From a virus (Duplodnaviria > Caudoviricetes), in the IMG/VR virus record IMGVR_UViG_2920693923_000001, positions 32,001-96,000 of that record: 64,000 bases of DNA, one strand, 5' to 3'. A program made the translations under genes and the position numbers. Positions 49,538-60,993 of this stretch are shown in pieces. The number at the start of each line of letters is the position of its first letter. Position 1 is the first letter of the stretch. Below the pieces are notes generated by a model. It saw only the letters and a list, made by a program, of their open reading frames with translations. It did not search any database and had not been told where the DNA came from.

Positions 49538-52500
49538 ATGGAACTACGTGGCGTAATTGTGGATGAATGTGGAACTATTAAAAGATATTTCAGTGATTAT
49601 TCTGAAACCGAAAATGAAAAATATTTAGAAGATCATCCTGAGTATCATGTATCTGTTATAGAAAGCGAGGAATAGGTATGACAAGCACAATAACGAGAGA
49701 TTTTGTAGTTAAAAACGGAATCGCAAGCTTCCCGATGAAAGAATATCCAAACTATTGCGGGATTGAAGATATTGGATATATTTCACACGGAGAATGGGCA
49801 GACGCAGAACTTGAATACAAGGGAAGATTGTTCAACGAAAATGTGGTGTCAGATGTAATGTGGGAAAGATTTATTGAAGAATTTCCTGATAAAGATGGAG
49901 ATTACGAAGTCTTTAATCAGTATATATATGACAATAAGGACGAAGTGTATGAGTTATTAGAAGATTGGAGTGATGAAAATGAAGAATAATGATTATCCAA
50001 TATATTTTAAAAGTAAAGGTAATGATATATATGCAAGCTATGATGGTGTGCGATGGTTTTGGTATGGAAATATGGAATGTTGTTAGTAAGAAATAGCAAT
50101 TTCAAATGGAAAGGATGGTTGATTTATTATGGCAAAATTTAATGTTAGATATTATGAATGTTATGAAAGATATTATGAAGTAGAGGCAAACAGTAAAGAA
50201 GAAGCAGAAGAAAAGTTAATTGATGCTATTAAGGAAGGTAGAGAAAATGCACCAGATCAGTGTTATGACAGTGACGCAGAAGCTACGGAAATGGAGGAAT
50301 AGATATGGAAAATATTACAGTAAGAGAATGGGTAAATAAATTTAATAATAAAGAATTTGAGTCTAAAAACAGAGCAGTTCAGTGTAATGCAGGTTGGTAT
50401 GATTGGTTTTGTTCAGATGATGCGTTGGCTGGAAGATTAAAGAAAATGGGAAACATTATAAAGGATATTAAGAATGATTACATTCTTGATAATTTCAGAG
50501 TGTGGTTTAAAAATAATTGTCCTTGTTCTTATCCGCTATATGATGATTTTAGATTTGAGCCAATAATGGAAAACGGAGAAGATTCGGACGATACAATTCG
50601 TGACCAACTATATTTTGGAGTGCAATGCGGACATCCATTTGGAAGTGACTATATGTATGAAGTTTTTACAGCAAGAAATGGATATAGAACTGAGTTTAAA
50701 TGCAAAAATAAAAGAGAAGTTCTAAATGTAATTGAACAACTTGCAGAAGATTTTCAGAAAGAAATAGAGGTGTGAGTTGCGATAAAGAGTTAGAAATGGA
50801 GTGATGATATATGGATTTTACAGAATATATTGAAAAACAAAAGAAAAATTCACATAAAGATATTTTATCAGATATTTGTTTACTGTTACATAATTGTGCA
50901 GAATGTAAAGAATGCAATCCATCAGACATTTTGTATAGAGATGTTCAAAAAGCGACACAGAGTTGTTTTTATTTAGAACCATATGATAGCAAAACTAATA
51001 TTAAACTATTAGATATTGCAAAGAAACATAATTATCATGCAGGTTTTGTTAATTGGAAAGATGGAATGATGATTAAATTTTGGAGATGAATCAAGAGTTT
51101 CATTGAAAGAATGGAGGAAATGATATGACCTATTTAGAATTAGCAAGAAAAATAAAGAGTGCATATAAGGAATTAAAGCAAGATGAAGTATATAAATTTT
51201 TCAATGTCATATGGAATAATGACCTTGGAGAGTCAGAAATTACAGTTGAAAATGATGCTGGATTTAGAGCAATTATTATTGGTAATACAAGTAGTGTAAA
51301 AAAATCAAGAGGTTACATGTATTTGTTTTATACCAATGATGACACAGGATCATTTCCGACTATTAAAGAAATAGAACACAGATTAAAAGTAGTTGCAAAT
51401 CAAGAAATTTTAACAGATAAAAATGCGGATTATTTTGATTGGAAACAGTATGGTTCTTTAGAAGAACAGAGAAAATATTTTTCAGAAATAATTTTAAATA
51501 CAATGAAACGATGATTTACTGTGAAATTGGAGGGAATATTATGTTGAATATAGTTGTTATTAATTGTGATAGGAAATATGTGGAATATGAATGGGATTCA
51601 AAGAAAGCATTTGTACAGGATATGCAAAGTGATAATGAAAATATTCCAATGCTCGATGATCCTTTGGCAGAAGTCAACACACAAGACAATAATTTACAGT
51701 TATGGTGGAGAAATACAGATGGAATGACTGTAGACGATTTGTTAGAAGAATGTAAACAGGAATTAAATTAGATAGGAGTGATAAAATGGAATGTCCGATA
51801 TGCAAAAATAAACTAGGCTTTAATTGTGGAACATGTATTGAGTGTGGATATAATTATCTGAATGGAAAGTTTGAACATATAAGAGTTTATGTTGATGATT
51901 TAACAAATATTGTTCCGTTGGATATTTTAGAAGAATTGATAGAAGAACATAAAAAATTTAAGAAAAGATGAAACGGAAATTTATTTGGAGGTGATGCAAT
52001 GAAAATGAATATCCATATATCAGAAACGAAGAATGAATCACTCGCATATAAGCTAATCAGAAGAAAGGCAAGAAACATGTTAGAACCTTGTACGGATCAG
52101 GAACTTGGACAATATGTGCGAGGTATAGTTGACATGCAAAGCGAAATCTATGGAGAAGGAATTAGTCAGCAATCAATGAAATAATGTAGTTAATAACCTG
52201 TAGGCAACAATTGCTCGCAGGTTTTATTATTAAGGAGGAATTTATATGTTAGATATTACAGTCTTAAATAATATGGAATACGCAGATGCGGAAAATTTTG
52301 TACATGACAACGGCTATATTAATACTATCGGAGCGGATGAAGTTGCAGCTAGTAAATCCGATAGGGTAGCAGATACATACTATGAGTTATATGATAACGA
52401 TGGAAACATGGTTGATATGATAAGTTTCTATCAGTATTATAACGGCGAAAACATAAATAACCCTGATCTGAACGCAGAAATTGTAGAACAGGGATGGGAA

Positions 52501-54538
52501 AGAGTCGCCTAGTATGGTATAATAGTTACATATATAAGAGAAAGGAGGGAGACAAATGGAAGTTGATGCAATGACAAAATACAAAGGTTGGTATACGAAA
52601 GCATTAAATGCTTCAGAAAGACATGATGTGAATGATTTCTTGAATTATACATTAACGATTTATAATGGGACATCATTAAATGCACCAGACGACTTGTTAA
52701 AGTTGACTGAAGATGATGCAGATGTAAGCAAAGATGAAAAGCATAAAATCATGGTCAAGACATTATTAACATTACAGAATCAGCTAAAGACAAGAAAATA
52801 TTTATAATTTTTTAACTAATAGTTTAATAGGCACATATTGGAATGTAAATATTAATCTTTTATTGAAAAATGTTTTTAATTAATAGATACATTTTGGAAC
52901 GTATAATTTAAAGCTGTATATAAAGAAAAAGGAGATGATGATATGGACAGTCTAGCATTGATTATTACAATCGCTCTTATTTGTATAGGACGCAAGATAT
53001 ACATTGAAGCAAAAGTAAATAGCTATGATCTTGATAAGGTGTCAATCGGAAAAATGGCTATGGATGCTGGTAAAAGCCCATCACAGATAAAAAGTAAGAT
53101 GGTATCTGGTGGTTACAACAAAGATAGTAAATGGAAAATATAGGAGAACAAATGGAGATTATTAATCCTTATGAGGTATATGGATGTGATGGAACGGAAA
53201 TGGTGGTTGTATCTAAGGTAGAACGTAATATAACAGATGATATTGTATTATTGATGCAGCTCGAAAATCTTGATCGGATCTATCATAAACAGAAAACGGA
53301 AATCGGTCGATACTTACGGTATTGTACAACGGCAGAAATAATGAAAATTAATAAAGCAGTAAACAGAATATTGGGATGAAAGGGTGGTAGATATTATGAA
53401 TAATACTATTATATTATTAGAGAGTAAAGCAAATTTAACACGGAGGGAATATCAAAAATTTGCAAAGAGAGATACAATTAGGAGGTAAAGACTTATGAAT
53501 GATTTTACAATATATAGGAATTATGGAGTACTTGGGGCTGAAAAAAGAAATATATATACATATGGAGCACCGCATCTTAGAGGAGTCTGTAATGATGAGT
53601 TAAAAGTTAAGTTACCTGATGATTGCAATTGGAAGTTATGTGAGAATAATTTTGGTCAGACTATGATAGAAGCCCCTTGGGGTTGGACATATAATCTCAA
53701 TGAAGTGTTACAGGGAAATGAAAATCCATGTTTGTATGCTTTGGATAAAGATCAGAAGGCACATAGAGTTGAATTAGTAATTATTGAAGAGAAATAGAGA
53801 ATATAAAAGTAGAGCAAGCCATCGGAAATTAATCTGATGGCTTTTATCAAAAAAGGAAGGTAATTATTATGGAAGAACTTATATGTGGAGTAATATGGTT
53901 TGCATTATGTTTTTTTGCTATATGGATTACAAGAGATAAGGACACAATAGAGGAAAATAGAAAAAGACAATTCCAAGAACAGGTTCACGAGTTGTATAAA
54001 ATTGGTGATGTGGAAGATGTTATTTTAAAAGAAAAGAGGTAATCATTATGGCGCAGTTAATCGGATGTTTAGTAGCAATGTATTTATGTATTTATCTTCC
54101 TTGGAAAGCGAACCAAAGGGAAGAATCTCGTAAGAGACAAGATATGTATAATAACTTAAACAAGAAGTCTGTAGATGAAATGGGAAAGTGGAGAAAATAA
54201 GAAGGGTGGTGTATTATATGAAAAGAGAAGATTTTAAGAAGATTATTAAACTGCGTAGTTTCTGGAAAATTGATAAACGAAAAGGCAATTATGAATTACC
54301 TAACGGAAAGCATTTGTCAGATTATGTATCAGATCTTATTGAGTCTCAAATGAAACTCGACACTTTAGGCATTAGAAAAAATGGGGATTTATGTTTTGTT
54401 TCTGGTGGCACATGGAACGTTGAAACAAAAGAATTTGAAGACTATACTCTTATGCCATCATTTAAAAATAATGAGATGTGTTCATATGATGAAATGCAAA
54501 AAAGGATTAATTGTTTAATTCGTGAATTATTATATTAA
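49538..54538 (+). other. cluster of about 18 small hypothetical early genes
   Basis: co-oriented short ORFs with SD sequences. Confidence 0.65.
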
Positions 54539-54938
54539 TTCTATTGTCAATAGCATTGATAACCTTATCAGATAATCCATTCCATTGTGGTTTCATTGAA
54601 AAATATTCAACCATTATAATAGAAGCGAAAGCGTTTGCATCAACTTCTGCAATTTGAAGGTTATATTCTTCGATAGATGAACATTTGTTAGATGGTTTAT
54701 ATCCTGATAAATAGAATTCATCATCAGTTTGGTATTGATAAATATGACGAAGTTCATGAGCAATGGAAAATATATAATCTGTATTTGGTTTGTCTATTTT
54801 AGTTAAATAAATTATATTAACAGTTGGTTCACATTGAGCCAATGTAGTTTTAGTATGGAAATGAGAAGTATCATATGAAATTTTTGGTACTTCTATTTTA
54901 AGTAACTCACAAATATCTGTTATAAATTCTTCTATCAT
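54507..54938 (-). CDS. Zn metallopeptidase, ImmA/IrrE-like (HExxH)
   Basis: IAHELRH and EVDANAFA motifs; own RBS and TATACT -10; counter-oriented. Confidence 0.75.
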   Translation of the reverse strand: MIEEFITDICELLKIEVPKISYDTSHFHTKTTLAQCEPTVNIIYLTKIDKPNTDYIFSIAHELRHIYQYQTDDEFYLSGYKPSNKCSSIEEYNLQIAEVDANAFASIIMVEYFSMKPQWNGLSDKVINAIDNRINIIIHELNN

Positions 54939-54995
54939 GGTTAATTCCTCCGATAGAGGATAGTATAACAGAATATTAAAAGAAAGAAAAGGTGG

Positions 54996-57381
54996 TTGAT
55001 GAATATGTTCGGTGGACTGTTAGCGTTCTTAGGTATTTATGGAGCAAGTGCTGCAAAGGCAGCTAAAGATAACTATGATATGAAGAAAACTACTCGTACA
55101 GTTGATGAAAACGGAAATGTTCATTATATGGATAGACTTTGCAATGATTACATCAATGGAGAGCAAGTAAAGAGAGTTGAAACAACAGACAGGAACGGAG
55201 TTAAATTATATTCTACAGTTGGTGTTAATAGCAGTAAGGTGTACGACACTTCTTATGGAAGAGGTACACAGCAGTTATTTGCAATGAGTGAACATGATAA
55301 ACAGGAAAATCTAAAATACGGAAAAAATGTATATAGTCAATACAATCCATATTTCGGAAAAACTGTTACAACTGAAATTAGTTCAGGCAGAACAATTACT
55401 TGTTTGTTTAGTGGGAAGAATCAAAAGACTGGCAAAGAGTTCTATAGAGTATGGTATTTCCGTCCAGAATGTCAAGGAAAGCTTGATTATAATACGACTG
55501 TTGATGGCGATATGGGAATTGAAATTACAAAAGAAGAATTTAATAAGTTAAATTTTGGAGCTTTGACATGTACATGTATGCCAAGTGATTATGATGTAGT
55601 CCATGCATTATGGGGTGATAGGTAATGAATAAACAGAGAAGAGAAAAGATAAGGCAACTCAAAACTCAAATTGATTTGATTAAAACTGATTTGAAGAAAG
55701 TTTCAAGCGAGTTGTCTTCTATATTAAGTGAAGAACAGGATACATTCGATAACATGCCGGAAGGATTACAAAGTAGTTATAGAGGAATGTGTTCTGAAGA
55801 TGCTATTGATAATATGGAAGGAGCGAACGAGAAACTTGATGAAGTGATTGAGTTGTTGAATGATATTGTGTAGAATGGAAACAAGTAAATAATAGTTTCA
55901 TTTGAAGATTGGAGGTAAAAAATATATGAAATATGGAGATATAGTTGTATATAAAAATCAGATTGGAACAGTAGTAAAAAGCGAAAATGATTTTAAGTTC
56001 CATCCGTGTAATTATGGAAGTTGCTATTTTAGCGAGTTAAATACAATTACAGACGAGGATGTAAGAGAAGCAACACATGATGAAAAGTTGGAACTGATAG
56101 AAAAAGAATTTACATGGGGCAATGTGATTAAAATACATTACATTGGAGAATATCAGATTGTAGAGTATATTGATAAAAGAGATAAGAAAACATTTTATCA
56201 CGGATACATTAACTACAGCGATATAAATCGTTCGTACTCATCTCTTGATTCTGCATTGATTGGATGTATTGGATACAAACGTGAGGGTGGAAATGGTAAA
56301 GCTGCAATGTATTTTGATAAAATGATTGGTTTGGAATAAATTTATTAGAAGATTGGAGAATAAAAATATGATTTGTTTAGATTGCGGAAATATGGATATT
56401 CGATATGATGAAAAAGAGAAATCATATCATTGTAATAATTGTGGTTCGAGAAATATTGGTACAAGAAAAGAAGGGTGTAAATATATGCTAGGAAATGGAT
56501 TGTGTGGTAAAAATCCTGCATGTACGTCATCTGGAAAATGTGAAGCACCATGTAGCTATTATGAAAAATAGTAGGAAACCAGAAATGCAAATTAGCCAGG
56601 ATGAGTTTTTAGAGTTGTGTAAGGAAGCTGGAATTAAATAGATTGGAGAGTGAATGACATGTTATATACAATAGTACATACAGTAATTAATAATAGAGGA
56701 GAACACCCAGAAGCAAACGCAAGAGTGCTTGGAATATTTTCTGATAGAGAAACCGCAATCCAAGAAGCTGAGAAATGGATTGACAACACAAAAACATCTG
56801 ATGTAAATATTAAGAGAGTAACGGAAACTGAATGGTATTTCTGGTATGAAGAAAACGGAAATACTTATGGTGGATATGTTAATGTGTATGGAAATGAATT
56901 AGATAAGAAAGTAGTGTAGAAAGGAGCATGATTGTATGAATAGCAATTTTAGGGAATATAAAGGATATGTAATAAAAAAGATAACTATTCACACAGTAAA
57001 TGGTGCTTGTCTTGCATCATATGAAGTATATGCAAATAAATATAAAGATAGATTATGGATCGGAGATAAATTGAAAGATGCAAAAGCATGGATTGACAAT
57101 AACGGAAATAAATTAGATGAATTTTAACAAACAAGTCTTATTAGAAAGGAGAAAATATTATGACGAATTATGAATTGATTAAGAACATGAGTATTGAAGA
57201 TATGGCAAAGATGAATGTAAGAGCTTTTCATTATATGGGTGGATATAGAGCACAGACTGATTTTTATACAACGGATCAGCACATATTTGATACAAGAGAA
57301 GAAGCAGAGAATTATGAGTTGGAATGGTTGAAGTCGAATGAAGATATTGATACATTCAATACAATTACTTTAAAAAAATAA
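54996..57381 (+). other. cluster of hypothetical genes (209, 82, ~137, ~67, 89, 63 and 73 aa)
   Basis: co-oriented ORFs with SD sequences. Confidence 0.65.
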
Positions 57382-57480
57382 CGATGTAATTAAATTTAAC
57401 TTTTATGTGCAATGTTAATACATTGTATTGACAAAGGCAAAAATGGAGAATATAATAATATTAAGAAAGGAGTGATATAT

Positions 57481-57798
57481 ATGGCAAATACAAATGTAAC
57501 AATGAGAATTGATGAAGCACTGAAAGTACAATTACAGGAACTGATGTCTAATCTTGGAATGGATATGACTACTTTCTTTACAATGGCTGCTAAACAAGCC
57601 GTAAGAGAACAGGCTTTACCATTTCATCCTGATATGAATACGGGAATATATGGTTTGAAATCATATCAGTTAGCAATGAAAAATACAAATTACAATAAAG
57701 AAGGGAAAGCAACAATATCTTCTGTTGACGATTGGGCAACCGAATCAGAATGGGATGATATGTTTGAGCAAATGAAAAAAGAAAGAGGTATCGAATAA
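57481..57798 (+). CDS. RelB/DinJ-family antitoxin
   Basis: NVTMRIDEALK...LGMDMTTFF.MAAKQAVREQALPF; promoter TTGACA/TATAAT at 57428-57456. Confidence 0.85.
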   Translation: MANTNVTMRIDEALKVQLQELMSNLGMDMTTFFTMAAKQAVREQALPFHPDMNTGIYGLKSYQLAMKNTNYNKEGKATISSVDDWATESEWDDMFEQMKKERGIE

Positions 57799-58133
57799 TG
57801 AACAAAGGAGAAGTGTGGTTTGTTGAATTTCCGTTAGAAGAAGATCCAAGTAGAATACTGAATAGACCTGTTGTTGTGCTTGATGAAAATTTACTTGGTG
57901 TATTATCTGTCAAGATAACAAAGCATAAGGCAAGAAAAGAAGATCCTTATGATACTCCTATTATCTATTGGGAAGAAGCGAGTTTGAGATTGGCTTCAAC
58001 TGCGAGAGTATCAAAAGTAACGCTACTTACAAAAGATAGCTTTATATTCAAAATCGGTGATTTACACAAAGATGATTTGAATAGAATTGAAAACATGTAT
58101 AGAAAATTTTTAGAAGATAATGGTGCTGTATAA
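57798..58133 (+). CDS. mazF: PemK/MazF-family endoribonuclease toxin
   Basis: GEVWFVEFP, RPVVV, KIT, IGDL...D; TAATG coupling to antitoxin. Confidence 0.85.
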   Translation: MNKGEVWFVEFPLEEDPSRILNRPVVVLDENLLGVLSVKITKHKARKEDPYDTPIIYWEEASLRLASTARVSKVTLLTKDSFIFKIGDLHKDDLNRIENMYRKFLEDNGAV

Positions 58134-58216
58134 ATTATAGCACCATTACTTATTAAAACAGAGAATATTAAAGTAACAAGAAACCAAGTTTTCTTGTGAC
58201 ATGGAGGTGTTTATAA

Positions 58217-59246
58217 TTGATATATCGTTTACCCAGAACGGAAATATTTAATAATTCAAACAAAATTATTTTTGAAAGTATAAATTTTGGAGAAATTATA
58301 ATAGATAAGACAAAGAAGATAATAATTAATAATGATGTGGATATTACTGACAAAATAGATAAACTATTTTGCGGAAACACATTAGATTATAATCTTGCGA
58401 CAGTTTTACATAAAATATTACATAACAAAATTGATGAAAAATGCCGAGATTATTTACGGAAATTTGATAAAGTAACAGTAAAATAAAAAAGAAATCTAAG
58501 TTTACTATGGAAGGAGAATATCATGATGAATAATTTTTTATTAACGTATTCTGTTCCAGATCTAAATGGAATGGGTAGAATAAACATGTACAAATGGTTT
58601 GAGAATGAAGACGAACTTCATAGTTTTGTAGTCAAAGAGAAAAATTTGTATCAAAATGGTTTTATAGTTAATGAAGCAATGGAGATTTTGAATGACCGTC
58701 AAATTTTTACTGGCGGTGATTTGCCAAAAAGAAATTGAAATTTAACTTTCCTTGGAGGTGATATGTCATAAAAGAACACAAAAAGCAATGGATACTCAAT
58801 TATATGTCACAACATAAAGATGAGTTTATTGATATTGTATCAGAGAATTTTGTAAACGCATATATAAATGAGTTTAATCCGAAAATAGTAGAATGGTATC
58901 TATATGGAGCGCCGAAAGTTCCTGAAATTGGTAGGCTGCTCGCAGAATTATACAAAGAGAATAAAGTAAGTAGATATAGGCATTATTGCGAATTTTGGCA
59001 AGACGGATATCCAAAATGGTTTTATATTTACTTTTTACAAGGATAAAAAGAAAGAATGATTTACTTGGAAGATTGGAAGAGGTGATATAGATGGATAGAA
59101 AACGAAATAATCCTACATGGTGTTGCGATCAAATTGAAGAGAAGATTAATGATTATAAAAGTTCACTTGCAGAAATTAAAGAAGAAGAAGTAAAAAGACA
59201 GTTGGAAATTGTAATTGATGATTTGGAAACAATTTTATATGGGTAG
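58217..59246 (+). other. four small hypothetical genes, each preceded by a boundary palindrome
   Basis: ORFs 58217-58486, 58523-58738, 58768-59046 and 59091-59246. Confidence 0.6.
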
Positions 59247-59265
59247 ATTGGAAGAGGTGATATGA

Positions 59266-59931
59266 ATGAACAAAAAAGAAGAATTAAAAAGATTAATTGA
59301 CAATCCTTTAAAACCAAATGCAGTTGAATGGGCAATGGATTCTGAAGATGTTTTGTCAAACATGAATTTACTTTCACCAGAAACTAAAAATTGCATTAAC
59401 ACGATAAAAGATCATGGAGGTGCATTTAAGCAATATAATGATGCTCTTGTTGCTATTTTAAAACGGGCGTATAAATCTATTGCAAATGTAATAACTCCTC
59501 CACCAATTAAGTCAAGACATCAAGTGTTTGTTGCAATGTGCTTTGATGATGAAAGAGAACGTCTGTATAAAGATGTTCTTACACCAATCGTACAAGCTGC
59601 TAATTATTCTATCGTCAAGGTGAACGACCAAGAATACGAAGGTTCTATTATTGGAAAAATTGTGGATGATATAACTGACTCAACTATTTTAATTGCCGAT
59701 CTTACAGGGAATCGTGGTGGAGTTTATTATGAGCTTGGTATTGCCAAAGGATTGCAGCTTTGTAATCATCCAATAAGAACTATACTTACTTGTGATAAAG
59801 CATTTTTTGATGATGAAAAGGTTCATTTTGATGTACAAGGTGATAATATTATTCTTTATACATCTGACGAGGATTACAAAGAAAAATTATCTCGCAGAAT
59901 TCAATCATATAAAAATGAAATGAATGGTTAA
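59266..59931 (+). CDS. nucleoside 2-deoxyribosyltransferase / TIR-like domain protein
   Basis: VFVAMCF, IADLTGNRGGVYYELGIA, HFDV motifs. Confidence 0.78.
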   Translation: MNKKEELKRLIDNPLKPNAVEWAMDSEDVLSNMNLLSPETKNCINTIKDHGGAFKQYNDALVAILKRAYKSIANVITPPPIKSRHQVFVAMCFDDERERLYKDVLTPIVQAANYSIVKVNDQEYEGSIIGKIVDDITDSTILIADLTGNRGGVYYELGIAKGLQLCNHPIRTILTCDKAFFDDEKVHFDVQGDNIILYTSDEDYKEKLSRRIQSYKNEMNG

Positions 59932-60601
59932 AATGACGATATCTTTGAAAAAGAGGGATATTATGTTTGATAATAAACAAGATAATAAAATTGAACTTAT
60001 AAGGAATTTATTCATTGCAGGTTCAAGTGCAATTCCTGTAGTTGGTGGTACTCTTTCTGTTTTACTAGATAAATATTTACCTAGTGCAATAGAGAAAAGA
60101 AGGACTGATTTCTTAAAACAATTAGAAATAGATTTTAATAAACTACCGTATGAAATAATTAATAGTTTGGAGTCAAATGAGTGTTTTTATTCTATTTTCT
60201 TAAAAGTTTTAAGTCAGGTAACATATGAACATAAAACAGAAAAAATAAATGCATTTAGAAATATCCTTATAAATTCAACGCTAATAACAGATATCGAATT
60301 CAATGAAGTGGAGTATTTTATTAAACTAATAAATTCTTTGTCGATAGATCAAATAAAAATATTACATCTATTTTATTTAAGAGATTATAAAAAGGAAATA
60401 GAATTTACTGATATTAACAAATTTATCGACAAGCATTGGAAAGTAGATCCATCATATCGTTGGAGTCTAGTAACAGAACTTATTAGAGATGGGCTTATTT
60501 CTTCTTCAATAGAACGGCAACATAAAAAAGGAAAGGGCATTCAATTATCAAAAATGGGAGAAGATTTTATAAATTACATATTTAACCCGGTTTCAATTTA
60601 A
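59924..60601 (+). CDS. hypothetical protein, Abi-alpha-like with C-terminal winged helix
   Basis: AIPVVGG N-terminal motif; L.RDGLI...LSKMGEDFI wHTH-like end; coupled to NDT gene. Confidence 0.5.
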   Translation: MVKMTISLKKRDIMFDNKQDNKIELIRNLFIAGSSAIPVVGGTLSVLLDKYLPSAIEKRRTDFLKQLEIDFNKLPYEIINSLESNECFYSIFLKVLSQVTYEHKTEKINAFRNILINSTLITDIEFNEVEYFIKLINSLSIDQIKILHLFYLRDYKKEIEFTDINKFIDKHWKVDPSYRWSLVTELIRDGLISSSIERQHKKGKGIQLSKMGEDFINYIFNPVSI

Positions 60602-60717
60602 TAAATATTTAGAAATGAAAAATTGCTTTCTTGTTGAAGGCGAATCAAATATAGAAATAAGCATTAGAAGCAGAAACAACTGCTTCTTTTTTATTGCAAA
60701 AAAATGAGGTGATAAAC

Positions 60718-60993
60718 ATGAAATGCAAAAATGGAAATCCAAAGCGAAGCAGTAGATTTATATGTTTGAAATGTATGCAACTTAATCCATGCGGATCAGG
60801 TATACAACGAGGTGGACATCAACGTGAAAAATATCATATTAAAGATTTGATGTGCTTATATTGTAAAGATGAGAAAGCAACTAAAAATATAGAAATCCGT
60901 TGGTGCGATAATTATGATGAAATTTATGCAAAAGCAATGGAAATCAGAGAAAAATATTATAAAGAAGATAATAATGATAGAAGGGTAGGTTGA
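60718..60993 (+). CDS. zinc-ribbon protein, ribosomal bL33-like
   Basis: FICLKC...KDLMCLYCK...NIEIR spacing resembles Zn-binding bL33. Confidence 0.4.
   Translation: MKCKNGNPKRSSRFICLKCMQLNPCGSGIQRGGHQREKYHIKDLMCLYCKDEKATKNIEIRWCDNYDEIYAKAMEIREKYYKEDNNDRRVG

Noticed and set aside
52813-57145. Further degenerate boundary palindromes (about 52813, 52848, 56331, 56575, 57128)
   Set aside because: Most match only one arm or lie in very AT-rich DNA, so they were left out of the count to avoid inflating the main finding.
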